This document shows, piece after piece, positions 50,059 through 64,000 of a stretch of 64,000 bases of DNA. The notes beneath the pieces were generated by a model that was not told the origin of the DNA, ran no database searches, and saw only the letters and a list, made by a program, of their open reading frames with translations. Position 1 is the first letter of the stretch. Each line of letters opens with the position of its first letter. Made by a program: the position numbers and the translations under genes. The stretch comes from Negaprion brevirostris (lineage: Eukaryota): positions 94,149,134 to 94,213,133 of the forward strand of contig JARDVH010000132.1 of NCBI GenBank assembly GCA_030324005.1, written 5' to 3'.

Positions 50059-50990
50059 TGTGATGTTAGTGTATCTTTAGGAAATGTTGTTTTTAAATCA
50101 TGTTCTTTGCAGCTGTTTTGGTTTCATTGTTGCCAGGCCATCTGCTAGAATTCTCTTTATTGCTACTTCAGTGGCTTAAATGGGGTATTTTCAGCTACTT
50201 TTTGGGAGTTGATCTGTGACCCTGCATTATTAGGAGGAAGACTGATGGCATGTCATGTGTTTTGGACAGTTTTTCTTCATAGTGAATTCAAGGTTTCACT
50301 TTTAATTTGGCTGGCAGCAGTTTTACTTTAAAAGGGAGTTTCACATCGGACTGAAAGCAGTGTTTTTTTCTGTTCCTGGGTATTAGAAATTCTGTAGGTT
50401 AGCTGAAAGCAAGACTTCCACTCCTTCCCAGAGTGGAAAATCTACTGTTGGAGGTTGGCTTGCCTAGAGTGTGTCTCGCTGGTGTTTTGGAAAGGTATTC
50501 TGACTTCAAACTGTTCTGGGTGTATCCAGAGAGCTGCTAGAAGTTACAAGGCTGAGCTTAGTTTCTATTCTCCAACCTAAGGGACTAGAGCTGTTCTGAC
50601 GCCAAGCTTGTTTGTGTTTGCCTCGAGATTTGCTGCATTCAACCAAAAGGCTAAATTTCAATATCTCATGAACATTAGTCTTGCTGTGTTTAACCTGTGA
50701 TAAAGGTTTTGTTTCTGAGATTCATTTTGTTGGAATGTGTTCAGCTGTTAAGGCTGATAAAATATTATTTTTTTTTCCTGGTTTGTAACTGGTAAAAGAT
50801 ATTGCTAATTTTCTTTCCATACATGTTAACTGTATTCTTAAATAAACTTCGATAAAAGCTCCTTTGTAGGTCACTTGAATCATATCTGAAGTGAAATATC
50901 TCTTGCTCACCCTAGCTAAATCAAGTACAAAATTTATAATCCAAGTGGACTTCATAAAACACTTTGGAGTTTCTGACCTGGATTACAACA
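50059..50990 (+). mobile_element. Solo LTR
   Basis: Begins TG (tgtgatg), ends CA (ttacaaca), flanked by 4-bp direct repeat attt (50055-50058, 50991-50994); aataaa near 50842. Confidence 0.65.
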
Positions 50991-51599
50991 ATTTGTTTAC
51001 CAAGATGTTGCCTGTCTACCAGGATGNNNNNNNNNNNNNNNNNNNNNNNNNNNNNNNNNNNNNNNNNNNNNNNNNNNNNNNNNNNNNNNNNNNNNNNNNN
51101 NNNNNNNNNNNNNNNNNNNNNNNNNNAATTGTCCCTAAATTAGTCTTCCCTCAATCTTCCCCAGTAGGTGTAGACAAAGGTCATGGGTAGAGGAGGGCAC
51201 TCATAATGTTAAAACGACGCGGGCTCGTTGGGCCGAAGGACCTGTTTCCCATGCTGTTTTGTTCTTTGTTCTTTGTTTTTGAGTGTGGTGCAATTTAGTA
51301 ATGAACTCTTTCAAACTGGGTGCTCTTTTAAAATTGGTGGGTGCGGCTGAAGAAGAGTAGGGAGTCAGTGGTGGATTATGCTGAGGGGAGTGGTGCAGGC
51401 AACCTTCTCGTACTGTGGCTTTGCTAAACATAAAAGAGAAGCTGAATCATAACATGATAATTAGGACACCTCAGGAATTTTAATACGTTCTCTGACAGAT
51501 TTTACAATTTACAAGGTGCCTATGAAAAATGATAATGATCTCACCGAAGGGATTGTATGTTAGGATTAGTTTTCTTCTCTCCTTCCATCTGCCCTCCCG

Positions 51600-52070
51600 T
51601 TCATGGAGAAGGTTTAATCGACTAATACCAGGAATGGATGGGTTGTCCTTTGAGGAAAAGCTTGACAGACTAGGCTTTTATCCATTTGGCATTTGGAAGA
51701 ATAAGAAATGACTTGACTGGAATCTATAAGAAATGGGGGAGGGGCGGATTTGACAGGGTAGATGTGGAATAGATGTTTCCCCTCGGGAAAAATGTAAGAG
51801 TCACGTTAAATGGGCAACCCCCATTTTTCAAAACTGAGATGAGGAGAATTATTTTCTGAGGGCCGTGAATCTTTGGAACTCTTTCATAAAAGGCAATGGA
51901 GGCAGAATCTTTGAATCATTTTAAGCCAGAGCTAGATAGATTATAGATCAGCAAATGGTGAAATGTTATTGAGGGTAGCCAGGAATTTACAGTTGAGGTT
52001 AAAATCAGATCAACCATGGTCTGATTAAATGGCAGGGCAGAGTGGCCTACTCCTCCTAATTCATATGATG
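51600..52070 (+). mobile_element. CR1 3' fragment
   Basis: RRFNRLIPGMDGLSFEEKLDRLG. Confidence 0.8.
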
Positions 52071-52540
52071 GTATGATTTGTCCAAGAGCTACCTTATTTT
52101 TTGATGTATTATACAAAAAGTGAGCAGCTTACTGTAAGTTACTATAAAGGTGCAAAAACTGTCACATCATTTTGAGATCACATGAACCTATCTTTGAATG
52201 TTGTTACCCACAATTCCTCAATTTTCCTTCACGTTAAAGGGGACATTTTAAGATATTCGCTGTCTTTTAAAGTCCATCATTTATAACATTACAAAAGCAA
52301 AAATAGTAGAATTTTAAAAGTAATTTGAGGTATTTAGCAGTTATAATAGATTGCAACAAAGATATTGCTTTGAATTTTATTTAACGATGCGTGCTATTGT
52401 TTGAGTGTAGTCTAATTGTACAAAGATGGCTGAAGTTTTGCAGAATAGGATGCCATGCAATGCAAATATTTGAGATGATGAATTATAACATCAAATGAAC
52501 AGGAATTGCTGGTGTCTAAATGCTAAGGTGCTGCAATATA

Positions 52541-52748
52541 GGATGGATTTCTTGAGGCCTCCCACAGTGGTTTTCCAGTGATAAAAATGGCTTGCCATCA
52601 GCCACCAGTGGCCTCTTCCGGTGCTGCTGAGGTCTATAGTGATTTACGTTTATTGCCCATGCCGCCATTTAGAGGACTGGCGGCAGGGTTTGACTTTGGC
52701 AGCACCGGAAGGTCCCACCAATGGGAAGGGTTGGAAAATTCCACCCAT
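52541..52748. mobile_element. MITE with internal inverted repeat
   Basis: Ends ggatggatttc / aaaattccaccc; internal cttccggtgctgc / gcagcaccggaag. Confidence 0.55.
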
Positions 52749-53802
52749 GACATGATAAAAATTACAACTTGCATGTAATAGTTCCAATTGATAATTCAAG
52801 TTATTTTATCTGTANNNAGCAGATAACGGCATACGTAGCTTGTCTGGCCTTGTGTCTGTTAATTGGTTGATGTAATGTCCCTTTTGTAGCTAGGTCCTCT
52901 GGCTCCTGCAATCTCAACAAAGGCACCAAACCTATTTTACAAAAATATAGATGTTATTGCCAGCTGTGGAGGAGGAAAATCAACATTAGGGTGGAAATTC
53001 ATTTTTATTATTGCGAGGTTAAAGGAAGAACTGCGCCAAACACCTTTTTGTGACAATGTGCTGAAAAAAAATAACTTGAACTACTTTCCCCTCTCCTATC
53101 TTTCTGTTTTCACTCGCTTACATGATAGAAGTTACTTACAAATCGAAGTAAATACTAGTTTTTTTTACTGAAAAGTGCTGACTTTGGCTGCACTTAACTA
53201 TTACTGACATGTTTGCTTCCTTTAACCCTGGTCAGTGATGGAGTAAGGCAACCGTTCATTTGACAGACATTTAGTTTCTGGGCTTATCTCTGTTTGAGTC
53301 TGCATTAAAATTCCTAGATGGAATTAAGATTCTGATTTGAGTCCATCTGTAAAATAGCAAATCAGTTGCCTCTAATTTAGCAATCAGAATAAAATTACAT
53401 AGGAGGATAAAATTATGCACATTTTAAATTGTTATAATGGCTGTGGTTCTGAAATGTATTTCTTTTTTGTTCTCTTGTAAACAACGAAAAGATAACAAAT
53501 ATTGAAATCTATATATTTGATGTGCATTTTGTTTGCTTTGTCAAATAAAAGCAAAAGTACCATTTTGGAATATCGGATTTTGTATGTATAAGGTTTGTAA
53601 AGTCAAATTGCAGATTTAAGTTTATGGTATTTAAGTTTAATTTTCAATTGGCAGAGCATTTGTTTAGCGAACATCTCTAAGCTTGCCATAGAAGTAATGA
53701 ATTAAAAATTGTTTCGGTTTTTATAACCTAATGGTCTTGTGTTCCTGCAAGCATTTGAAGTGATAGAATAAGAACAGTCATCTATCTCTTGTATTCCCAC
53801 AG

Positions 53803-53940
53803 GCTTTTGTAGCAGCCTTTGCAGTTTCAGCGTATGCATCTTCATATTACAGAGCTGGAAGTAAGCCATTTAACCCAGTTCTAGGAGAGACGTATGAATG
53901 TGTGAGAAAAGAACAAGGCTTCTGCTTTATTGCTGAACAG
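53803..53940 (+). CDS. OSBPL3: OSBPL3 ORD exon
   Basis: cccacag|GCT...CAG|gtaatg; 138 nt; [46 protein letters not shown]. Confidence 0.96.
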
Positions 53941-54990
53941 GTAATGGCTCTTGCAGCGTAATATTTATACAGTATAAGTCGGTGACTAACTATAAGTCCA
54001 AGAAATGGTTGCAAAGAATTTATAGCTAAGTAAAATTGCATTTTTAATTATATTGAAGGTTCTTCTGCCACAAGCTCTAATTGCTAAAGGTCTAGTTAAT
54101 TCTATGTCCATTAAAACTGCATTTTTCAACAATGACATTCATCTTGACTGTTGACTTATTCTGTCAAACATTAGATTGCAATTGGTCTGCTCCACCAGCA
54201 GTAGTATTGCAGTACAGGCTATCAAGTCTATCCAGTTAGGAATTTCAGACTGCATCTAAAAATAGCAGACAGGATTATTTGAATACCTGCAACAGGTAGG
54301 TTAGTGACACCATGCTGCCCCAGTGGCACAAAGGTCCTAATGAATATGCATTTTGGCAAATATTAAACTCCAAATAGAACTAGAAGTGCATCATTTGAAA
54401 GGTAATTGGTCCCATAGACATCAGCTTACCTTAAGTGTGAAGAGTTCTTTGATCTTAGGGCTTCTGCCAGCAGATCCTCTGATGTTGGGAGCTCTGCATG
54501 GGTACTTCAAAGTGCTTACTGTCTGAAATTCCTGGAATAGACCAGAAAGATATTATCCCTTGTTTAATTCATCTGAATGTGGCAGAATCGTGGTGGAACA
54601 GGGCTCTGTTCAGTTATCCAGACCTCTATACTTGGAACTTTGTCCTACTGAGGATTTATCAACTAGGTCATGAAAGGACGCAAACATCTCAATGAGAAGA
54701 GCCATGAATGCAGGCATGGCTTAACTTTTGGCAAGTCATTAATGTTCTACTCTCCTACACCCATCAGAATGAATGGGTAGATAACTGTGGCCAACAAATT
54801 CAGAATTTTACATGTATTTGGCTGGCAGCCAAAGGTTCTAGTAGGAACAAAAACACAGAAAACTAGCCATTAAGTGTATTTTTTTTCCACTTAGATATTT
54901 TAATGCAGTTTAAGTTGAAAAATAAATTTAATTCTTTAGCAAATTCATTGATGAAAACCTTGTTTTTTTTTTAAACATGATGTTTTTTAG

Positions 54991-55054
54991 GTCAGCCATC
55001 ATCCTCCAATATCTGCATGCCATGCTGAATCCAAAAACTTTGCTTTCTGGCAAG
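54991..55054 (+). CDS. OSBPL3: OSBPL3 ORD exon with OSBP fingerprint
   Basis: tttttag|GTC...CAAG|gtaggt; 64 nt; [21 protein letters not shown], completing EQVSHHPP. Confidence 0.96.
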
Positions 55055-56381
55055 GTAGGTGTCTGCTTGAGTGGGGGAAGTTGCAGTTTGCAAATTTCAT
55101 CATGGAGTCACAGTTAGAGGGGTTTTTTTATTCCTACTAGGAAAGGGGGAAGTGTTTTTCTTGATCTACAGAATAGATTGGACTGTTTATCCTTCTGATT
55201 TGACCAGGGTTAGGGATGTACATCTTTGTCATCCATTATTTAGCTGGGTGTGAATATGCACAGAAACCTGCTATCATATTGAAAAGAGAAATCGACCTAG
55301 GAGTGTTTCCATTTGCCCACAAAAAAGGGGAACATTTTGCATAGAATTGGCAACATTTATTTGTTACAAATTGTTTAATTTAGATTCTATGGTGCAGTTT
55401 TGGCAAAGAGATGTATCTATTTTGAGACTGAATTTCTCTCTAGATCACACTGTAATAGAGCCCCTACCATTAGAGGACTTCAACTTAGGATCACCAGTCA
55501 ATCCCTTATAGACTGTTTTGTGGAAGTTGCAACCTTGTAACTCTTATGTTTCCCACTGTTGCTGATAATGCATCCCTTCTTTCTGTATCTTGCCGTTTCT
55601 GTCCGTATTCGCCTCATTGTTTCCATTTTCCGTATTCCTCCTTTCCTGACTCAGTGCCCCGTTCACCTTTATTTAGCTGTTCTGTTTTGGTACACTCATA
55701 CCCCAGGAAATCTGGGAGGGGATTAAATGTCCAAAGGAAATGCTTACCTTGTAACTCGTCACAGCAGCAAATCAATAGAACTGAAACTGGAAGTTTAGAA
55801 AATTAAAAAACCTGTTTCACAAGCCTATCCTCTGATCAGAGCCAATAATTATAACATACATTTCAGAAAAAATATTCCAGATGATTTAGCTATTATAGGA
55901 CTTTTCAATGGAAGGCAACATTTAATATCAATTTTTTTTAAAGCAGTGTTATTTGACGTTGCCTCCATCTCTTTCTGATGAGACATGCCAAGTTGATAGC
56001 TTTTAAAAGGGAAGCTGATGAATAGGATCATATTTCACAGCACAAAGGAGCTCATTTGACTCATTGTATCTGTGTTGCTTCTCTAAAAGAGTAAGATTCT
56101 ATGAACACAAATGCTCTTCAAAAAGTTCTAATCGTTTATTTCTGAAACATGAAGAACAAATCCTTGAAGTCCTTACCATGCCATCAAGAACATATTGCCA
56201 TTGACTTGAATAGATAGGCAGCCCTTGAACAACAGTAATGAAAGGAATTGATCAGCAAGCAGGAATCGATTATGATGTTTTGTATATTCCATGATTAAGC
56301 AGAATACTTGCAGCTAATGATTTATGTTGAGAGGCAATTAGAAAAGCAGTTCAATTAATAGAAAATTTAATTGCAGAATAA

Positions 56382-56549
<168 letters not shown>

Positions 56550-59500
56550 TAAGTACCATAATCGAATGAATCCTGCTGCAGGAGAAAAAAAACTAAGCAA
56601 GTTTGAATTGATTTAAAATTGAGTCTGATAATGCGACGAAGACTTGTTCCAGGAAAGCTTTTATGTCTACTTTCCCTCTTACCCTATTGAATGCATTTTT
56701 GGAAGAGCTAACTTGATAAATAATTGACTGAATTGATCCACCAAACTGTATACAGTGTGTAGCCATAAAATGGCTTGTATACATTGCATGCAGGTTGAAG
56801 ATTGCAACAAATGTGAAGGAGAAAAGGGACATCACTTAATTCAACGCCAGTTTTTCCTTTATCCTCATTGGAATTTGGTAAATGTAAAATGGCTTGTTGA
56901 ACTTTTAAACTTCCCTGTGGATTGATGTCGTCTTATCAAGCAAGTGCCGCAAGGTAGCTGGGTACTTCCATAAATATCAATATTGAACTCGTGACATCCC
57001 TAAGGCCCCAGTTTACTATTTTAATAAACCAACTTAGCAATAGTAGGAACAGGAGCCAGAAGATGGCTAAAATGTTTTTAAAAATATATAGTTTCTCTTC
57101 CAGGATGCACAATCCATCATCCTCATTTACCGAGGACCTACCAATATCCCTGCCAACCACATAGCTGAATTCTAGCCACATTTCCTTAGAATCCAACAGT
57201 GAAGACCTCCTTTCTAACAACTACTTCCTAACTTCCCACTTTGGGCAATGGAGATGAAGGTGTAGCTACTTTGCCATCCACTTTGGCATACACCTGCACT
57301 CTAGTAGCTATTTACTTTGTCAATTATGAATGAATACTGATTCAAATTTAGAAGTAATCTACATTGGATTAAAAATCGATTCATTAGTTGAACAATTTGA
57401 TATAATATGATTATCAAGGACATTATTAATAGGGAAATACAAGATTTGGGCACTTAAAATTGGTGACATGAACTCTCAGTCTAGGGGCAGTTCTTCTCTG
57501 TGCCAGAAATATGTTGGGGTCCTTCAGCAACATTTAACTCTGTGCCATCTTTAGTGTGGCACCTGAAGATATAAGGTGGTTTATGTGTTTTGAAGAATAA
57601 CTTGTTTCACTTTATCCTTTAAATTGTGCAACTAATAAATAGTTGGCAGATCTTGCTTAAACTTACTAAAGTGGCATTCTTCTAGTAATGTTTAGCTGGC
57701 TTTTTCAGGATATTCGTGACATATGTATGGTTTCTTTAAAACCTGGAAAATCTGCTAAGAGTTGATAAGATTTATTTCCAGTCTTCAGCAAGATGGATAA
57801 TGAAGTCATCATTAATCCTTTATATTTTAGTATACCGGTTTGCTTTATCGGAAGAGTTCTATCATTCAAGTTCCATTTGTTTTACTTTAAAGTTAATGGA
57901 GCTAAGTGTTTTTATTCACTTTGTTCTGTAATTATCATACTATTGGACAAAGGGTCAACCTTTATATAATACAGGTTGCTTGCCTAATTGCATATCTCAT
58001 CCATAAGCATATGTACAGTGGGTGTACTGGACTGATGCATCATTTACATCTTCTGATTACTCACTGTTTACCAGCCCATCTTATACCGATATTCTATTGA
58101 TCAACTTAATGTAGCTCTTCAGAACACTGTGCTAATAACCAGATAATGTTTTCTTAAAAGTAGTACATATACTTAATTACATCTTTCTCAAACATTTTAT
58201 TTTTTGAATAATGCAAATTATTAGGAATACTGCCCATCTGCCACAACAACTCATTCATTCAGTCCATATAATGTAGAAACATGTCCTGAAGCATTTCAGA
58301 GGAGAGTTATTTGACTATGTACAAATTACCCCATCTTACATGTGAAACTTAAACTTATGAGAGCAATTAAACAATATTTCCTTTCAAAAGAATATAAGCG
58401 AAACAAAGCAAAAAACATCTTTGGTCAGATTTTGCTGTCGAGGGTAATGGAGAGGCTGACAATACTAACCTTTTTCTGCACAAATTGGACAACAGATTCT
58501 GGAGTGCATACATGAAGATCATAAGTTTCTGTGTGAGATGTGTTATTGCTCTGTAAACAGCATAAAAACAACATTTCACCATCTGACTTCTCATTTAGTC
58601 TACTTATTTCTCAACTTAAAACTATGTTTAAATTGAAATTTGAATTTTTGTTTTGGATTAGTGGTATGAGTCTTTGGATTAACTAATGCTCCAGTTACAC
58701 AATAAGCAGTGCATTACCATAGCCTAGGATTATGTACAAATGCCAGTGCCAAAGCAAGAGGTAGAATGTTGGTAGCCAGTGGATTTCTGGTGGGTGCCTG
58801 CTGGTTTCAATTATTTTCTATTTGCCTATTTGTATTAGGGTTTTCTATTTGTATTAGGGTTCCTTGGCAACTTTAACTAGCCTCTGGATCACATTATATG
58901 AGGCATAGTTGGGAAGTATGCATGAAATGGCTGCCAGCTTCTGGATAGATAGTTTTGTGGCCGTTGTCTACCAGGCAGCTTTTAGATAGGTGTAGGGCAA
59001 GGGTATTCAAGAATGAGCATTCTTGCAGCAGTGAAGGAGTCCAAGGATGGAGAGGCCTCAACATTTCTTGCAAGTCCCATTGGAATGACAGATTTCTGTT
59101 CGGGTCAAGCATAAAATTGTTGCCTGTGTCTAACAATGTCATGAACCCCAATCAGCATATTTGAATAAGGGCTCTGTCATTTTGGGCTGTTCTTCATTAA
59201 TTTATAAATAATTATAGCCAAGACAAAAGTGTACATTGAAAGATCTCATTAGTACAAACTGCAGAGAAACACAGTGTGTCCAAAGGTAAAACATTAAGTT
59301 CCTTAAAGCATTTGAATTGAGTAGATACATAGGGCTAGATTTTCACCTTTAAGTGAAAAGTCAAGATATTTTTCAGCTCAAAGCACCCACCTTTGGAAAG
59401 AAATGCCCCAGATGGAATGATTTTTGCAATGCAAGGATGGGTGCATTATCTATGCTTGGCTGAGAGCCAGATTTGCAAAAGGACTATCTTTGTTACAACA

Positions 59501-60142
59501 GGTACATAGAGGGGAAAACATGGCTTGGTTGAGCTTTTGCTGTAATCTATTTTATCATTGACTCAGTATTTACCTTCAGAAGCTAAAGAAATGTCAAGTG
59601 TTAATAGTTTCAGTTATTGATACTTCAAACTTCTGGTTAATTAACACTATTGCAGCAGCAGTTTCTTTTGAGGAAGTTATTATTGGCTTTCTAAATGTTT
59701 CCACACATGCAATTGTTATTGTGGTTCATTGATTCTATTCAGAATCAATGCTGTGCCTGGAAGTGCTGACTCCATGAAGGACATGAGTAAGTCAAATTTT
59801 CTTTGTCTTGTATACCTGTTGAGTTTTTCCAGCACTTTTTTTGTACTGCATGTGATATCCCACATGTTTTGAAGTTCAAATATTGTCCATATTTGTATGA
59901 AACTGTTAAATTATTGTTCAAGATTCTTAATGTAAATTTTAACCTGTCCCACAGCAATGTGCTGTACTTTATTTTACCTATTCAATTTAACAACTCTAGT
60001 GTCACTAAAATTAGATAAATATTTTGGAATCTATTCTGAATTTCCCTTCACATTCACAAATACCAGTGTATTTGGATTTAAAAAAAACAGTCATTCCCAC
60101 TGGGAAACTGTGGCAATAGTTTCACTGAAATTTGTCAAATCC

Positions 60143-63100
60143 ATATATATTTAAAAGGGTTGCAAGTTGCTTTAAGAGCTGATCGCATGATTTGAAGGTG
60201 ATGTCATTAAGGCGTTTCCAAGACTGCTCTTTTACTTGCAATTTGTGCCCTGTGAGGTACAAAGAACATCTTTTTCAATAAATGTTGTTAGCTTGAATCT
60301 TCTGCAAACCGCGCTCTTTTTGTTAAAACCCAGCATTAGAATGTAAGTCAGGATTTTGTTGCATCAAGAACATTGAGGAAAGGTCCTAAGGTAAAAATTA
60401 TTGATCCTCAAACTTCAAATTTTAGAAGGCTGAGGAGAAGCAATAATGGGGTTAAAGATTGAAGTTCCAGCGCAGGAAGGCTCTTTGGTTTTAAAAGAGG
60501 AGATATTTCAATCAGAGAAGAGTGAGATTCTAGGCATTATCTGGCATCTTTGGATAAAAAGGGATGCTTTGCTATGCAGCTGGGGTTGTTTGGGGGGGAA
60601 AAAAAAATCAAGTTAATGGTCTCCAAAGGAAAGACAAAATATATGCAGCCTCAAGTGCCTGCAAAAGAAATCATAGGTCAATTAGGATTCATGGGCCCCC
60701 TTCAGTGAAGAAAGTGAGCATGGAGTTCCTATTCTGAGCATTTTCAATACTTTGTACAAGGAAATGAAATTGCAACTGAGTTTCTCATATCTGTTTTTCA
60801 GTACAATAGAAAGTAAAACCTACAATTTGCTCAGGTGCTTGGTTCATCCAACAGAGCCAAGAACCAAATGCTACAATGAGTTGACAAGCATTCTTGAAGA
60901 GCATGACTGTCCAAAGTCACTGATCATCATGGAACAGTTCAGATTCCACCAAAGGAATCAAGTGGAAGGTGAAATCATTGCTCAGTTTGTGGCAACCTTA
61001 AAAAGTCTGGTGCAATATTGTGAGTTTGATGAGTTATTGGAACATACTCTTTGAGGTGTTTGTGGTGTCCAAATGAGGCTATCCAAAGAAGATTGCTTAC
61101 TGAACATGAATTAAGGACAACAGTAGAAATTGCAGTGTCGATGGAACTGACTGCTAAAAAGGCTTCACAATTTGGTGCAGAAATTAAGATCCACAAATTG
61201 GGAACTACTCATAAGAAGCCAGGATAGCAACAAGCTTGTCACAGATGTGCCAAAATGGGCCATCAGTGAGTGAAAGTTAGTCAATGCAACAATTGTGACA
61301 AAATGCTTCATGTGGCAAAAGCTTGGTTGGGCTAGATCGGCTGATCCCAGAAAAGAATATTCAGATGAAGAATCTGGTTACCTTCAAGAGGAAGAGCATT
61401 CTGCAAAAAGAATTTGCAAAATGAAAGAAAAGAATTACAACTGGGAATAAAATGTCCAGAAATATAATGAAAGGTTCCCACAGAATGTCTTATCCATATA
61501 GGGTAGACTTCTCCGATTTTGAGTAATTCTGAAGTTAAGTGGATAACAATGGAGAATGATACTAGTACTGCTGTATCTTTAATATGAATAAAAGCAGAAG
61601 CATTTTCCTTTAAAACCTGCTGATGTAAATTTAAGGACGTACAAGAAAAGATTGTGCTGTTAAAAGGTTACAGCATGGTCAACGTAGTGTTGAATGGACA
61701 AAACAGTGGAGCTGCCTAGTTTTAAGTGGTCTCTTGGTGTACGTTGTTACCTGGATGATATTTATTCTAGTTATAGAGTCCAGTGAATAAGCGCATTTGA
61801 TTGGAACGTCGTCTTGTGCATTGCCTGTGTATCAAGAAAGAAAAATGTGACTTTTCCCAGACATCACTCCAAAGGCCTACATAAAGCAGCTAAAAGGACG
61901 GATGCCATTTTAGAAATGCCACCAACTAGTTTTGCCAATCTTTAGTTTTCACTAGTAGATCACTTTCCTCTGACAGCTTCTCCAGTTCAGAGACATAGCA
62001 GAAATAATCATGCGATGTGAAAGGTGGTGGATGTGGAATTGAAAGGAACAATAGCTGGAATGCATCGCCTGCATCCTGATTTTAAACCATTTGTTTCAAG
62101 AAAGCTTAAATTGACTATCCAAGGTGAGTATCTATTGTGGGGAATCCAAATGATCATTCCTCCTAGTCTGCATGGAAGAGTTCTGAAACAACTACATTAG
62201 GTCACCCTGAAAGAAGATGAAGGAATTGGCACATAGTTACTTTTGGTGGCCACATATTGATGCTCAGATTGAAAGAAATGTGGGACAGTGTCAATTCTGT
62301 GCACAAATAAGAAATACATCACTGTTGTCCTGTCCACACCTTTGGGAGTGGCCTAAAATGCCATGGCAATGATTGCATATCAGTTTTGCTGGTCCGTTTG
62401 AGGGTTACATGTTCTTAATTCTAATTAAGGCACATTCAGTGGCCCAAAGTTATTTTCATGTGATCTACAACATCTGCACAAACCATTGAAAATTATGGTG
62501 AAATTTTTGCAAGATTTGGTAAACCGATCAGATTGTTGGCAATAATGGTTCTTAGTTTACTTCACAAGCTTGACAATTGTATTTAGCAAACAAAAATCCA
62601 CACCTTATCATCCATCAATCAGTGGATTAGCTGAAATCGTACACTTCTTGAAATGTTCTTTGAAAGTTTCAAAAGAGCAAGGTTATGTCGTGTGAATAAC
62701 TTTTTGCATTTGATAAGAAGCACTGCTTGTGACTTCAAATTCACCTGCATTACTACTCTTAAATTGAGAACTAATTTGATTTGTTATTAGCTCCTGACAT
62801 TTCATAGACAGTAGAGTGTCAACAATAATAAGTTGCTAGATAAGTAGCGAGGGTATAACCATACTCGTTTCAACAAGGAGATTGAGTGTTAGCATGTAAT
62901 TACNNNNNNNNNNAAAATTTATTTTACCAAAAAAGGTCCAATTTCTTACAGGGTTCAAGCTGAAGCTGAACTTGTTTGACAATGCCATGCTGACCAAATG
63001 TCATCTCGATTTCTCACAATCGTTTTCAATTTTTGAAGTACCAACTTTTTTATCCCTGGTGTTGTGAATACTACTAATGAGGACTTAATTGAATCTAAGT

Positions 63101-63530
63101 TGCTTGATTGTATTTTGCAGAATCAGTTCCAAGAGAAGTGTCTACTGAAGTCAAATTCCAAATGCTACTTTTAGTGTCAAGGGCAGCCACGTTCCAGAAC
63201 ATTGTATACAACCAAAGAAAAATAGACATCCTCCTGATCAACTTGTATTATTTTGTACTATTGTTTAGAGTATTATTGATCCTATGTCATATTAAATTGT
63301 TGTCAAGATCACAGAAGTAAAAGGGGAAGGATAATATATATTAAAAGGGTTGCAGATTGTTTTAAGAACCGATCACATGATTTGATGGTGAAATCGTTAG
63401 TGTGTTCTCAGAGGCTGCTATTTTACTTTCAGCTTGTCCTCTGCAGAACAGAGAATATCTCTTTCAATGAACCTTGTTAGTTTGAAACAGCATGTAAAAA
63501 CCACACTTTTGTTTTGTTAAAACCTATAAC
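60143..63530 (+). mobile_element. Gypsy LTR retrotransposon, degraded and internally deleted
   Basis: Diverged LTRs ~60143-60335 and ~63332-63530; PPT aaaaggggaagga; gag (TYNLLRCLVHP..IMEQFRFHQRNQVEGE); YLDD remnant ~61748; integrase HHCC region (MKELAHSYFWWPHIDAQIERNVGQCQFC, WEWP, FAGPFEG). Confidence 0.9.
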
Positions 63531-63797
63531 CTCTAACATAGGACGTTACAGAATTGTAACACACAAGGTGGCCTTTGACCTGTTGTGGCAGTGCCAATGC
63601 TATCTGTTGCAGCTATTATAATTGCAACAATTATTGTGAGCTGCTACAGATTTAAGTCTGCTGAAAAGTTTAACTTGTTTACTACTTTGTTCATCATTCT
63701 TCTCTATTCCCTTCCCTGCCATGCCTGCACTACTACTCTCTCCATGCAGTGTATGAAATTGGTATCATAGATTTAATCTTCCAGCCACTACTGATTC

Positions 63798-64000
63798 CTA
63801 GAACAAAGAAAATTACAGCACAGGAACAAGCCCTTTGGCCCTCCAAGCCTACACCGATCATGCTGCTTGACTTAACTAAAACTCCCTACGCTTCCAGGGA
63901 CCATATCCCTCTATTCCCATCTTGTTCATATACTTGTCAAGATGCCCCTTAAGTCAATACCGTATCCACTTTCACTGTCTCCCCCGGCAACAAGTTCCAG
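63798..64000 (-). mobile_element. CR1 3' tail, truncated by the window end
   Basis: tacagcacaggaacaagccctttggccctccaagcct; reverse of the tail at 36900-37060. Confidence 0.75.

Noticed and set aside
58825-58862. Short tandem duplication ctatttgtattagggtt x2
   Set aside because: Ordinary slippage; not telomeric or array-like.

Overview
AT-rich vertebrate genomic DNA with several N gaps. The repeats (HE1/V-SINE-type and Deu-type SINEs, CR1, Rex1/Babar, Penelope-like elements) point to a shark; this taxon call is inference. The window holds 12 consecutive internal GT-AG coding exons (6228-56548, + strand) of an oxysterol-binding-protein-related gene, best read as OSBPL3/ORP3. They run from just after the PH domain through the FFAT motif (EFFDAQE) into the ORD (EQVSHHPP). 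Exon phases chain into one uninterrupted frame; the start and stop lie outside the window. The introns are filled with decayed transposons: two Gypsy LTR elements, solo LTRs, a two-ORF Harbinger fossil, MITEs, LINE fragments and many SINEs. The most notable observations are: (i) a TSD-flanked palindromic Penelope-derived mini-element carrying two opposed minimal hammerhead ribozyme motifs, one with an intact core; (ii) a Penelope-like copy with twin-priming-style 5' inversion geometry; (iii) a patchwork locally templated insertion near 30.5 kb; (iv) a candidate frame-preserving cassette exon at 29724-29846. I found no evidence for a wholly new multi-gene system. Family names and homologies are from recall; no database search was run.
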